Shown in pieces: positions 26,051-39,899 of a stretch of DNA of 64,000 nucleotides (within the stretch, counting starts at the first letter, position 1; every line of letters begins with the position of its first letter). The notes beneath the pieces were generated by a model that ran no database searches, was not told the DNA's origin, and worked only from the letters and a program-made list of their open reading frames with translations. Position numbers and translations under genes: made by a program. This DNA comes from Octopus sinensis (Eukaryota). The stretch lies in NCBI RefSeq assembly GCF_006345805.1, contig NC_043016.1, positions 24,738,001 through 24,802,000 of the forward strand, given 5' to 3'.

Positions 26051-29000
26051 TCAGTGGTCAGCTCATCAGTAACTCCAGCGGTCCTGACTAGTAGAGTGGA
26101 AGGAGAGTTTTGGACACCTTGCAGATGCAAAACCATATATTCAAGAGAAGTCAACAGCTATCTAATAAGGCAAGCAGACACACAAACAATGTGTACCTTC
26201 TGTGCTAGATGGGACGTTTTGATAAAATCCAACACTTCAGAGGGCTATGTCTTGCTCCAGTGTTACAGTTCCGTCATTTCTACCACTGGATGTCTTTCCT
26301 ACACTACTGAGGTCACCTTGTTACTTAAAAGACTGAAGAGTCCCTTTGACTGAGAGGGAGGAATATGAGATAAAGTATTATAAATTAATTGATTCATTCA
26401 ACCCTAGTACTCAATGAGCACTTCATTCAACTGGCTTCTGGATGGATGAAAAGTGAAGACAACCTCAACAGGGTGAGGATCAGAGTATAAAAAAATAAAA
26501 ACTGCAAGGTGTTTTTGTCTGATACTAGCAATTCTGAAACTCCACCATCCTAAAGTAACAAATAATGGAAACATCTTTCCTATGTAGTTCATTGATTGAA
26601 ATAAATCTTAGTTCATGTCTCAAGTTCATGATGGTTCCAGTGATAAAAGTCTCTTCCACAGACAGAAGAACCCCCACCACTACCACTAAAAAGTAAATGT
26701 CAACAACTGGGTGAAAAAAAAAAACACAAGGCAAAGTGGTTCAAATAATAGAGGATCACACTAGACTGTGCAGAACCTTGTTTCCTTGCCCTGTAGGTTT
26801 TACATATAAATCTTGTTGAGGTCCACTTTTCTTTGATGAAATTACTCTGAAGTATATTTTTGAAGACTAAAGGGACAGTCATGGTTGTGTGATGAGAAGT
26901 TTACTTCCCAACTACATGGTCTGAGGGTCAATCCCACTGCATGACACCTTGAGCAAGGGTCTTCAACATCTACTATAGCGTTGGTAGATAGAAACTGAAA
27001 GAAGCACCTCATGCATGTATGTGTGTTATTGTCTCCTTGCCTTGGATTCATGTAATACTTGTAAAAAAATGTCATTGTCATGCAAGTGGTATCCTTCGTT
27101 TCCAATCTTCTGAGAAAACATGTCAGCTCATATTACTTTAAATGGAAATAGACAAGAACTGGTGAGAGAGAGAGAGAGAGAGAGAGAATATCTGGTAGTA
27201 GAAAATCTGCCCCAACAAATTCTATCTGATCATACAAACAGGGAAAATGATGATGATAAAATTAGCTTAACATAGTTCATTCCACTTCAGCAATTCCTAT
27301 TCTGGAGTATATTAGTAGTTGACTGAGGTATTTAAGACTTAAGGACTTTTGCCATAAACATGTTGCAGTGCTGATGGTAGGTTTGAACCCAGCATATTAT
27401 TTACATAAAACACTAGGCTCAAACCATATCCACTCGGCCATCTTGTCTCTAGTATGTTACTTGTAAAGCAATATAGTTGTTGTTAATGAAAGAATGTGGT
27501 AGGAACAAAGAAAGCATTACTGTAAGTAGGCTTAACTGAAGGACTGAATAATCATAAACATACATAATTCACTGACAGATAAACACCATTGTCATTTGCC
27601 AAAAATACAAAGAATGAAAGACAATGAAATAAATAGAGCAAAATTAGAAGATAGCAGATGATTAAATCAATAAAAGTTGAGGTCAGCAGTTTAAAGATAC
27701 TTAAGTCTTAAATGGCCCAGTCCATCACCTATATAACTCAGAACAGGAGTTGCTGGAGAAAGGAAGACTACGTTAAACTGACTTAGTCTTCAAAAAGTTG
27801 CTACATCAAGGCATTAGGCCTTACCATTACTAAACTTAAGAAATTAGAACTATCTACCAAACATATGGTGCAAGAATATTCTAAAAATTATATTAATAAT
27901 GGCAATCAATATTCATCAATGCATGAAAAACAATCAAAAAAAGAAAAACTGGGTGAAAGTAATAATTGGATTCTGCAAGGAGGAACAGAAAAACTATGTG
28001 TATATACTGTACTTAAAGTAGTAGAATACACACACTGATTAGAACTGTAGCATTTCAAATTTTGTTTTTTTGTTGCAAACTAATGAACGAGATATCAGAT
28101 AGGTAAAAGAAAACAACAAACAAGATTAATCAAAATTTCAGAAATCCAAGACCAATGACAGAATATTTTAAAAAATAAGAGAGACTGAATTCATAAAGCC
28201 AAGATGAAATATTGATGATCAACATGTTAGAGAATGCATTTAGACAACAGACCGAGAATAAATATCTCAAGCACTTCATCACAGAAGAAATCACTGTTCC
28301 AGAGATAAAATAACCTGAGTCTTTAAAAGACATACATAAAGTGACAGTTCTGCATTTTGGTAAGTGCACCAATTTTAACACAATTCATTGCAGTAAGTAT
28401 TTTTGTTCTTCATTTTCCTTAAAGCATTGTTTTACCTTTTTCCTCAAATTTAAAACAACTCATGGGGTACTTTTCATAGAAGTAATATATTTTTGCATCA
28501 TTTTTTTCTCTCTCTTCTTTCCCTTGTCTACTGTATCATCATTATTATTCTGATACTCTTATCCCCATTTACTACATCCATTCTCAACCCAATCCAGTCT
28601 CTACAGTTGTCACTTACTTTTCCCTATTTATACATTCAACACTTCATTTATTTACACATCTCTCACTCTCCAATACACACTCCCAGTTCTGTCTCCACTC
28701 ACTTTTTACTCACCTCATTCCTTGAGGACTCCACACATTCACCTCAGTACCTGTTCTCTCTTCCTCACTCCACCAACACCATATCTTGTAGAATTTGAGT
28801 AGCCATTTGGCTCCTCTAACAGCAAGAAATCTGTTCTGCTCTAGCCATTCCTCTCATACTTTAACTGTTCATCTCCCAGCATAAAGCTACCTCTCAGAAT
28901 TCAAAGTCAAGCTGGAATATGGGTGTTAAATGATGATGATATACATTTGGATATATAAACTAGAGAAAATGAATTCAATATATAGATGTAAATTTTATAT

Positions 29001-29449
29001 CTCTATTTAAAGCTGATAATTTGTTCTGTTGCTGCTCTAAATTTCCTGCTGGAATGCATTTTGAAATGTACATATATTTATACACATGCTTTTTTTTTTT
29101 AAACCTTTTACTGGTTTCAGTTAATAACTATGACCATGATGGAGCAACTACCTTCAAGGGTATAGGGGACTATATTGATCTCAATATTTAAAACATTTTA
29201 CTAACTTTCAAAGGATAAAAAGCAAAGCCAGCCTGTTTAAAAGTAAAAACCGGCAATAAAACTCAAGTAAGTAAAGCATATACATATAGTTTCACCATTT
29301 AGCAGCACAGCTACATCAATAACTCAAGGGCCATGAGTTCAATGCTCCTGAACCACTTATGCAGCTTCCCACCTAAATTGTGTGTGTGTGTACATGCACA
29401 TGTATGTGAGTCTATTTACGAAAACAAAAATGAAAGAATGAATGAAATA

Positions 29450-30912
29450 GAGTCCACAAGCTATGTACAGGCAATCTTAGAGACAGTCTGTAATATATAA
29501 CAGAGACAAGGTAGAATGGACTTTTTAGTTCACTGTAGACAACCTTTCTAGAGTTGGTGGTATTACAGAATGCAACACTGCAAAATGACTGGTTATAAGA
29601 AGAGCATCAAAATGTTAAAGTCTTGAAAAAAAAAAAAAAAAAAAAAAAAAAAACTTTGGAGGAGTATCCTGCCTGTCACTAATAACTACCAACTGTTTTT
29701 CAAATAAAGGTCTTTTTTATAAAATTCCACTGGTCTTCAAATGTACAGAACAACAGGACACATGGTTTACATGAATATATATATATATATATATATGCAT
29801 ACATACACACACATATATTTTTAATATCTGGTTTTCGATGCTTGCATGGCACACGAAGTTCACTAAAGCAGATTTTCTACAGCCTGACGCTCTTCCTGTA
29901 ACCAACCCTCTCCTGTTTCCAAGAAAGGTAATATTTTTCTTTTATCCTTTGAATATAAGCACACTGGCTGGACATGTTAGTCTCTCTTTCTTGTATAGAA
30001 ATAAAAAATTAAAAAATTTTAAATAGGTCACGGCAGAAACATCAGTGTTCAGGACAAAACACCTTTTGGTATTTTGTCTTTCTATTTTTTTTAAATAGTG
30101 GTAGCCTTATTTATTTAGTATTTAGGCCTAATCTTGCAGATCTATTATTGATTGAAAGTATTCAAGCTCTGAACAATATTTAAAGAGTTAACAGACGGGC
30201 AGATTGTGGTTAACCAATGGAAGTGCTGATAAAAGGTAGTTCAACGATCTCACAATTGCTTCTATCGCTTATCACACTCTTCTACTTATTCACCAATTTA
30301 TATCTTATGAATGGTGGATGGTGAATGTTTCATGATATTTCTATTTCTATAAAACTGAATAGAAATTTCTCTCAAGTCATTTAGCAGCTACACAGAGTTC
30401 AAATCAAAAACTAGAACACATCAACTTTTAAAGTAATGTAAATTTATTTACACTACCAGTATATAAATACATTCCAATATTGTTGTGCAGACACTAAATT
30501 CCCTATCAAAACTTGTTAATTGTAGCTGCCTTACTTGCTTGCAGAATTCAAACCCATATCTCCTCTAAAACCAAGCAACCTATTGAAGATGTTTTTAAAT
30601 ACGTTTCTTGCTTCATTATAACAATCAGGAAAGTCAAATGAAATAGAAAGACCTGTGAACCACACAGGTTTTTATTTGTCTTTTCTATTTGGATTGATCA
30701 AGAGATATAATCAACATCTTTCCAACCAAAGACATAGTAAGTGAATCATTAGGAAGATAGAATATGTAGCCCAGTAAAAGACTAATGATTAACTAACAAT
30801 CTTTGAGAAAGTCAAACCATAATATATAAACCAAAAATTTACTAAATTACATCTCTCTTTAACCCTGAGTCATATATTACATTATATAGCAGATTGTGTG
30901 TGTGTGCAAAGA

Positions 30913-30960
<48 letters not shown>

Positions 30961-31550
30961 TGCTTATCCTAACTATGTAGAAGCCATTCTTCTCCAAGAC
31001 ATAATACATTGTTACTAAACACTGTATGTTAATGAAATGTTTGTCAATTCCAAGTGCTACCACTCATTCATGAGGGACTCGTGTTGTGGCTATATAAACT
31101 GGGTGATTTAAGAATCTTGCCCTTCAACACAGCAATGTCATGGAGAGTGGGGATAAACTTCGGACCTTTCAGTCTGTCAAATTTTATTCCCTTACTAAGA
31201 AAGATTCCATATAGATATGTGTTAATCCAATATTTTGGTTGGAAAACCTAACAAATTTTACATGTTTATGTAAGATGGGTGCAATGTCTTGTGTAAGCAG
31301 TAGTCTCTTGAAGGATTTACAATCTGCTACTGCTTAGTGTTCAAGTAACTCCTGATTGTGAAGCAAGAAGCCTCAACCTTTGTAGTACAGTTTAAGTTAT
31401 GTGAACTTAGTGTCCTAATAGGATATAAACTATAAAGTGAGTATGATGCTTGTAAATGCGTGCTGATTATGAAGACGGAAGATGACATTGTTTACCTAGG
31501 ACAAAGAGGTTCTGTGTTTCAGTGAATGAGAGAGAGAAGTGGGAGACGTT
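29450..31550 (-). mobile_element. Fragmented, decayed CR1-type LINE RT remnants
   Basis: VALGIDKHF (about 31030; cf. VALDISKAF) and an SDRSI-like stretch (about 30270), interrupted by other sequence. Confidence 0.4.
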
Positions 31551-33400
31551 GAATTACATTATAATCAAAATACAAACGGATGTTTTTGAGTATGGTGCAA
31601 AATAACATATGTGTATAAACTATCAGTGTGAAGAACTACACAGATACCTAATGTGAAAAAAGGAAAATATAACGCTATCATAGCATTGTCAAATGAAAAA
31701 AACATGCCAGACAAGTTATTTTCATACTATATTCTGGGTAATAAGGAAGCTAAGGATGAATGATTGCTGTACAAGGTCAAGAAAATCACAGAAGCTAACT
31801 TGAATTAATGGCCAAGATTAGCAACACAATCAGTATGAAAACAATTTGGGGATGTTATCTATATATTACACAGACACAAGTACACCCTGGCATAATTTTA
31901 CCATCATCATGTCCCCCTCCTCAAAATAGGGTAGCAAGACACCTATCTATCTCTCTATCATAGTTTCATCTCTCATAACCTAGCACTCAGCTACCTCACT
32001 CAATATTACTCCCCACTCCCAGTTGAATCTTTGTCTGGCAAATTACTTGGAGACCTTATTGATTCTGATGCAATATAAAAAGTACCCAGTCCACTCTGTA
32101 AAGCAGTTGGCATTAGGAAGGGCATTCAGTCAAAGAAACCATGCCAAAGCAAACATTGGAGCTTGGCACAGTCCTCTGTCTTGCCAACTCCTGTCAAACC
32201 ATACAACCCATGCCAGCATGGAAAACAGACATTAAATGATGATGACATACATGTGTAGGCAGATGGGAACTCATTTACTTCAATAGTAAATTTTACAGGA
32301 ACAAAATTAAAAATTAAAATCTTAGTAATAGAAGTAGTCAGAGCAAATATGAATTGCTTTAAGGACACAAATATCATACTCTTTTACTAGTTACATTCAT
32401 TGGTTTGTGACCATGCCAGGGCACTTCCACCAAGGGTCTAGCCAATTATATCGTACACCCACCCCTTCCCAGCACTTACTGGACTAAGTTATGGGACGTA
32501 AAGGAACACAACATAAACAAGAGCTTTTACACCAGTGTAAAAAAACACACACACAAACTGTATACTTAAATACAGACATAGTTGTGTGGTTAAGAAGTTC
32601 ACTTTGCAACCATGTGGTTCGTGGTTCAATCAGACTGTGCAGTACCTTGAGCAAGTGTCTTCAACTATAGCACTAGGCTGACCAATGTCTTGCAAATGAA
32701 TCTGGTAAGCAAAAACTGTACAAAATTCATCTTATATAATCATTTAACATCCCTTTTTCCATGCTGGGATGGGTTGGACAGTTCAACATGAAGATATGAG
32801 CCAAAGGTCTACACCAGATTCTATGTCGGCTTTGACAGTTTCTAAAGTTGAATGCCTTTCCTAATGCCAACCACTTCAGAGGTGCCTTTTACATAGCACC
32901 AGCACCTGCAAGACAAGAGAGCTTGAGTGGGGTACAGAATTGAGGGTTAGGAAACTAAGATGTGTATGTGAGAGAGAGAGAGATAATGAAAAATTGCTGA
33001 GCTGCACAACATACTCTGTTGTCATTTCCCAATCAACAAAATCATCAGGGAGCTCTGCACTTTACAAGATGAGTGGAAAACGCCCTTACTTGAAACACAC
33101 AATCATGGTACTCACACATACACACAAGCAAAAGGCTTCAGTAGTTTCCTCTCATCTGGTTTCCACTGACATGACATTCATGAACTGTAGAAGATGCCAT
33201 GCAGTGAAATCAGACCATGTGGTTGCAAAGTGAAAATCTTAACCACACAGTTACACCTCAACTTCTAGTTATTAGCTACACAATGAGTTGCACAATAAAA
33301 AAAAATAAAGAGTTAAGTTTGAGGTTTTGTTTTCTATTTCATGATATCAGTGATTAGATTGATAGTGAAAATTAATTCTAAGAAAATATCATGTAATTAC

Positions 33401-33442
33401 CTTTCTTCTAATTCTTTGTTTTCCATGGTGATTTCACATGGT
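33401..33442 (-). CDS. Candidate 42-nt exon (phase 2-2): (R)PCEITMENKELEE(R)
   Basis: Acceptor cttacttgcttatttttacag| and donor AG|GTAATT. Only one frame is open, and it continues the frame of the upstream exon. It contains accATGG. Confidence 0.65.
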
Positions 33443-36236
33443 CTGTAAAAATAAGCAAGTAAGAGAAGCAATAATACATGCCATCGCTAATGACTTAATT
33501 TATATAGCCATTCTAAATCATCTTCGGACAAACCAGCATGCCAACACTCTAATGCGATCTTTATTCTAACATAATTTAATTAGTATTCTGTGTTCAAGTA
33601 TTTCTCTTTTGAAATACAGAAACAAAGTTGTTGGCTTTAATGAAGCATCACTAGATGTCTACATACCTAAATTATACACTGTTAAAATATATATTAACAC
33701 ATGTATATTTTATATACACAAAGAATGAATCATTAAAAAATTATGAAGATTTATTTTATTTATAGTACTGTCAATAAACAAATGTAGATAAATATAATTT
33801 ACAATACCTAAATTTATTATAAAATAAAAGAGAATTTAACCTATCAATTTATTTTCCAAAATTCACCCAATAATAGTAATAATAATTATAATATTAGTAT
33901 TAAAAATAGGAAAAAAATTCTTGTTAAACGGTTTAGATTAATTAAATCTTAAAATTCAAACCTCCAAAGGAAATATCTTAGTCTGATAGACAAGCAACAG
34001 TATTGCAAAAAAAAAATACCAGAAATAATTTTAAAAGATAATTAGCAATTTTAAATTTAAAGAGGGGAAAAAAAAAAAGCAAAGAAATAATTATTGATGT
34101 GTGAAGTTTCAAATTAAGCATATTAATTAAAAGTTTAATATATTAGAAATAAAATAAATTAAAATAAAAAGGATAATGGGTAACTGAACAACAAATAGGT
34201 AGGAAAGTGGTTACTGGAAGAAAAGCTAACAATAAATTTGATACTAATTCTGTCCAGGCAACAACAACAACAACGCACACTAATATCAAAATCAAAACTC
34301 ATAGCTGGAGGAAACCTGTCCTGCCAACTTCTATACAAATAAAAGGGAGATAATGAACAGGTAGTACTGTTTACAATTAAATAATCGATATATATGTCTG
34401 TCTATGTGTGGAGCAGAGAGAACAGTGTTATCCAATAAATTGATATAGCTGATGGAGCGGGGGGGGAGGAATCTGTTTGGTCGTTTTTGTACTACTGCGT
34501 GTTAATTAATAGAATATAGGATGCTCGAAACTCGTGAAATTTGAAGTATAGTTCTAATTAATAATATAGAAATGAAAACCAAATGTTTTTCATATATAGA
34601 ACTACAAATCATAAGCATTTTTAATTTAAAGTAATACTATCATACAAATATATCTGAACACTCCCCTCCACACACACGAATACACATATATTATGTGTGT
34701 GAGGGGTATAGTATAGAAAATAGGTTTATGTTAGCCTATGTATGGGTGAGTGTGTATGTATGTATGTATGTATATATATATTATATACATAAGGTATATA
34801 TATTGTATGTACTATATATATTGTAGAAAATGTATATATATATATATATTTTCTTTTATCTTTTACTCGGTTCTGTCATTGTACTGTGACCATGTTGGGG
34901 CTCCGCCTTGAAGGGCTTAGTCAAATAAAACGACCTCTAGTTATTTCTAAGTCTGGTACTTATTGCATAGGTCTGTTTTGCTGAACAGCTAAGTTATGTG
35001 GATGTAAACAAGCCAACGTCGACTGTCAATGGTGTATGTATTTGTGTTTATATAAAAATATTTAATTTGTGAATGTATGTATGTGTGCATATTACATACA
35101 TGCACATACAAACTTGCTTTATGATATAATTATAAAATTACAGGTTTCGAAGTTCTGTAAACAATACTATATACTTTTTTTTAAAGGCTTGTTTCATGCG
35201 TACATACATGGATGTTATGCCAATAACACTTCTCTTCCCCGTAAAGTTTGAAGGACTTCTGTGATCCAATACTTTTAGCACCTGGAGAGGACATCAGACA
35301 CTATTCTCTGATATTAGGTGTCACAACTCACTTAAACCATTTACATCCACATTTCTAGTAATTGAGATTTCTTCCAACATAGTTTAGTAATAATGTCAAC
35401 ATTGTAATTTTTAAAAAAAATTCCATTAATTAACAAATTGAAATCTACAACTAACTCAAGAATCGTTGTTTTAGTTCTCTCTCTTCCTATATTATGTTCA
35501 GTTAACCATAATAATTGGTATACACATCATACTAATCTCCGTTTTGCCTTGCTTTAGTTGTCTCAAGCATTAAATCCCTAGTCTTAAATGATTAAATGCA
35601 GATTTTATCTCAAGGGGGAAGGAGAAAAAGTGATGGAATGCCATAAGTGAAAATACTTTCAACTATAATTTTTCTCCACTCAACTCCATTTGAAAAAAAT
35701 TCATGTCCACGACAGGTTTATTTATGATGAAACCGTTTATATAACATAAAGCACCATTGTGGTTTGCATTCGGTGAAATAATCATCTCAAATAGCTTACA
35801 ATTCCAGGCAGTTGCTGGAACCAGTAAAAGATGTAATTATTTTCGAAGATGCTTTCATAAATACGTTAGGAAATAAACGAATTAGCGAAAAATATGCCTT
35901 AAGGAGTGGAAAATTTCAAAATTTGGTAGAAAATGAAATACATAAGTAATGAAAATAAACAGAGGTGGGGGGAGGGGGCAAGCGAACATAAATCGATAAG
36001 AACTAAAATAAATCTTTGGAAATAAAAGAATGACGGCGACAGAAAACGAAGAATAAAAAGCAAACAAAATTCTCAACTACAAACAAAAGAAATAATAAAT
36101 AATCGACACGATACAAACAAAATGGACCAACAGTTTGCTTGTCTATCAAGTTGATATCAGCATTTGTTTTTGTTTTTGTCAAATGACATCATAATCAACA
36201 TGAACTGATTCCTGTTTACATATACATACATATACA

Positions 36237-36280
<44 letters not shown>

Positions 36281-36537
36281 GTATATGTGTGTATGTGTGT
36301 GTGTTTACATATATATGATTGACAATCCATCTTCACAGCTGAGAAGAATTTGCTCAAATAATTTGAAATTTAGAACAGATGCTTTCAAACGACTGACAAT
36401 AATTTGTCAACGAATTGTGTGACATTAATACTATTTTTCTTTTAATTAAAACTAATTAACAAAACCACGCGCGAGCACGCATACACACACACACACTCAC
36501 ACACATAACACATAGATATGTAATACTTTCTTCTCAC

Positions 36538-36567
36538 CTGTATACTGCCCCCATGTTGTCAGTGACA
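36538..36567 (-). CDS. Candidate 30-nt exon (phase 2-2): (C)VTDNMGAVY(R)
   Basis: Acceptor cctaattttgtggtttggatgttgcag| with a branch-like CTAAT, and donor AG|GTGAGA. It contains aacATGG in a good initiation context and is open in the frame set by the flanking exons. Confidence 0.6.
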
Positions 36568-37685
36568 CTGCAACATCCAAACCACAAAATTAGGTACGAA
36601 AGAAAAGCTCTCAGTCGCAATATAAACAACCCTTCTCTCTTCTCCGAAGGAAGGAAATATAGAAATATCTTATTTTAAAGTGTATATAATATATTAAAAC
36701 GGTTGAGCCAAGAACACAATAGGATGACAACAGCTCGACAAGTCAATACTTTGAGAAAGGTTATGGTACTTTTTTTTCTCTACAATTAAAAGACAAGGTC
36801 GGCCAAATTCAGTTTCGTCTGTACTTTTGGTCGATATCTTTAATTCCTAGTTTCTTAATGGTTTTGTTCCATTCCATAGAAGGTACTATAAACAGAAGTA
36901 AGAAAAAATATATATCATAAAAGAGAGCCAAAATGAACAATTGTTGGTTATTGATCGATGGATCGATCGACTGACGTTTTGCTTCGGTTTGTTTTATGGA
37001 GGTGGAATGTTATATTTTATGAATATGTAAGCAACGATCTGGCTTAATGATTATTGTTGTTTCAATTGTTATTGCCATTGCTTCTAAGGTTGGCAGCCAG
37101 GGATGATCATTTTTGCAAACGCAATAGCAAATTCTTTAGCAACTACAACTAAAAAATACCTCTCAATACTGTGATGTCTAAAAAAGTGAATACATGTACA
37201 TATACAAAACAAGAGGTATACACAAGTGTGTCTGTGTGTATATATATGACGGATTCTATTTTCAAAAACTGTATATGCTTTGATCGCCTAATTACAAGCG
37301 AATTCCGTGAGAAAAACACCCTCAGGACATGTATATATTTATATATATGACAGTTGCAATCATCGGCATTTGAAAAATATCATGAAAGTGTGTGTGTATA
37401 TATATATATAGCTCCGTCCCGTTTTTAATTAGAGATGCAGCGACAGCAATTAACAAGCATAAAACAACAATAGTGACATGAGATTTAGTGAATCACAAAA
37501 TAAAATTTGAGAGATAAACAAAACGTTACACTCAGAAATTTATAATAAAAATACTGATATATAAGTATACATTTAGAGTCAAGACCGTTGCAACATTATC
37601 ATAATAAATTACAAAAATGATTCGAGAAATGAAAATAATACAAGAAAAAAAAAACACTCAGACATACAGGAAGGGACACACTTAC

Positions 37686-37857
37686 CAAATTAAGAATTTA
37701 AACATGACGAGAGGAGCATGTACATATAAGAGTGGTGATAATTTAAAAAGCAAGTACGTGTACTTGGTCTCTTGGAGGGAGGTGGGAGTGGTTTAAAATT
37801 AAAATTTTGGCTTGTTGATCTATGGGGTTTTTTTTTTCTTCTTTTGATTCAAAGTAA
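37686..37857 (-). CDS. Candidate exon 2: mostly 5' UTR; CDS part 37686-37705 encodes MFKFLI(C)
   Basis: Acceptor ttttcttttatcccactcgacatag| and donor TG|GTAAGT. The ATG at 37703-37705 has an in-frame stop upstream, and the exon ends in phase 2, in frame with the next two exons. Confidence 0.5.
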
Positions 37858-38305
37858 CTATGTCGAGTGGGATAAAAGAAAATACGATTTAAAAGGGAAA
37901 AGATGTGGGTCGATGTCCAAATATGTTAGAACGATATCTAAGGAAGCTTCCAGTTAGTCGAAGCTAGTAGAATGTATAGCCTTTTCTCCTCTTTTTTTCC
38001 TAATTCTTTCTTTCATTCGAGAACAGCACTGCTGTGTACCAAATTACAGAAAGGCAGGCTAAATTTTCATCATTAATATAGATGGATCAACAATACACAT
38101 GTGTAAATGTATCTGTGCGTGAGTATGTGTGTGTATATATATATACGTATACATACACACAATTTAACTTTGGTGATCGGTTATTGTTTCAACTAAACTA
38201 TTTCCGCCTACTTACAAAAATATTAGGTAATACATTTTAACACTCGGTAAAATGATTTATATATCTATCTCTATATGTATATAAAACAGACAGATTACAC
38301 TGAAT

Positions 38306-38347
<42 letters not shown>

Positions 38348-38364
38348 GACAGATTACACTGAAT

Positions 38365-38418
<54 letters not shown>

Positions 38419-39429
38419 CATTATAATGTTAAGACGAAAGTTATGGTTGCAACTGAACATTAATGAAACTTACTTGAGGGAAACAGATAAGAAAATAGCA
38501 ATATACAATCATAATATGCTTTCATAAAACTTTAATAAAGCCAGGCAGTAAAGACAGTCGTGGGAAGAGAAAAAGATAGGAAAGACACTTTTAGTCAGCT
38601 TATCTTTTATATTAAAACAAGACCTCGATGACTCATAACCTTATATATATTTATATATATATACACATACACACGTATGTGTGTGTATGTGTATATATAT
38701 ATGTGTGTGTTTAGGGTTTGTGTTAAGGTTTGGTCCTCAGAGAAATTTGCTGTTGAAGTGGGTGGATCAGGTATAATATTTATAATAATCTGTGAAATAT
38801 ATTATATTAGTGGGCAGGTGAAAATAGGGAGGGAGGACAGTTTTTACGTAAATATTGGATGGAAAAGTTTTATGTATATATTCTAAGCTACAGACAACAT
38901 ATACAAACACATACATTATAGATATATAAATTATATATATATATATATACATATTTATATTAGTGAGTGTGAAGTTTAAATAAATTACACAATTTAGGTA
39001 AGAGATAGACAGACGGAATGAAACACTCATAAATAAATTGCAAGGAGGAAAAAATATTTAAGTTGGAAAAAATGAGATGAGAGAGAGACAAACAATTTAA
39101 GGGATGAAGGGAAGAATATACTGAAAGAAAATGGGGATAAAATATAGAAAAGCTTAACGAATTTTATTCAGACATATACAGAGAAGGGAGAGAGACAGAG
39201 AACGGAATAGAGGAGAGGAGAAATTCAAGGAGGAATTCGAAGCGGCACACACACTCAGAGAAGAAGAAAAAAAAATGTGGAAGAAACATTGGAAAATAAA
39301 TGTCCAAAAGAAAATCGAACCTCACCTACGCACAAGAAAAAAACCAATATGTTAAATTAGTTAGTTTGTCGTTATTCCAAATTATGTGTTAAGTTATTAT
39401 TATTACTTAATCATGGACTTGTTACTTAC

Positions 39430-39500
39430 CTGCTCTGTCATATATAGAAACCAAGATGGCCGTCCGACTCGGTTCAACGCTGTACACACTTTCTGTCTTT
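39430..39500 (-). other. Candidate non-coding first (5' UTR) exon of the minus-strand gene; 5' boundary unknown
   Basis: Consensus donor CAG|GTAAGT (exon ends at 39430). The upstream sequence on the minus strand is GA-rich with no acceptor. It lies in a CpG-containing region. No expression data are available. Confidence 0.5.
39452..39461 (+). promoter_or_regulatory. YY1-like motif CAAGATGGCC next to the putative first exon
   Basis: Matches the AAGATGGC core of the YY1 motif, which commonly lies near transcription starts. A short motif can occur by chance. Confidence 0.25.
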
Positions 39501-39899
39501 CTATTTTTCCCTCTCTCTCTCTCTCTCTGTTTATCTATTTCTCTCTCTCTCTCTCTCTTACGTACACTGACAGTGTATGTGTGTGCATATATTTGCATAT
39601 GTATATTAACCGACCGACCGATCTCTTACTACTACCCACATATAACACTCTGTCTCTCCCTCTCTCAGATAGTCTCTCTCTCTCTCTCTCTCTGTAATAC
39701 CAGCCCACTCCCTTACTTACTATGCTTGTATCGCCTTTTTTTACTCTCTCTCTAATACCAGCTCACTCCCTTATGCTTGTATCGCCTTTTTTTACTCTCT
39801 CCCTTTCTGTCCTTATTACTTTGTCTGTCTCTAATAAACACTTTTATTTTTTTGCCTGTGAACGACTGCCTACTGCTGCTGCCATCAGTTCGCCAAAAT

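Noticed and set aside
26040-26075. Two CTGATGA motifs on the minus strand at the end of the RTE 3' UTR (and similar ones at about 8338 and 33045)
   Set aside because: No stem II/GAAA/NUH arrangement can be formed.
30535-30652. 118-nt open exon-like segment on the minus strand (GLSISFDFPDCYNEARNVF...)
   Set aside because: It starts in phase 1, which is incompatible with the phase-2 upstream exon. It lies among LINE debris, and the + strand reads like an RT remnant (QPIEDVFKYV).
18592-33442. Resemblance of the joined peptide KELEER-SGEAKLI to stathmin KELEKRASGQAFELIL
   Set aside because: The match is short and gapped, depends on an uncertain junction, and the following residues do not resemble stathmin.
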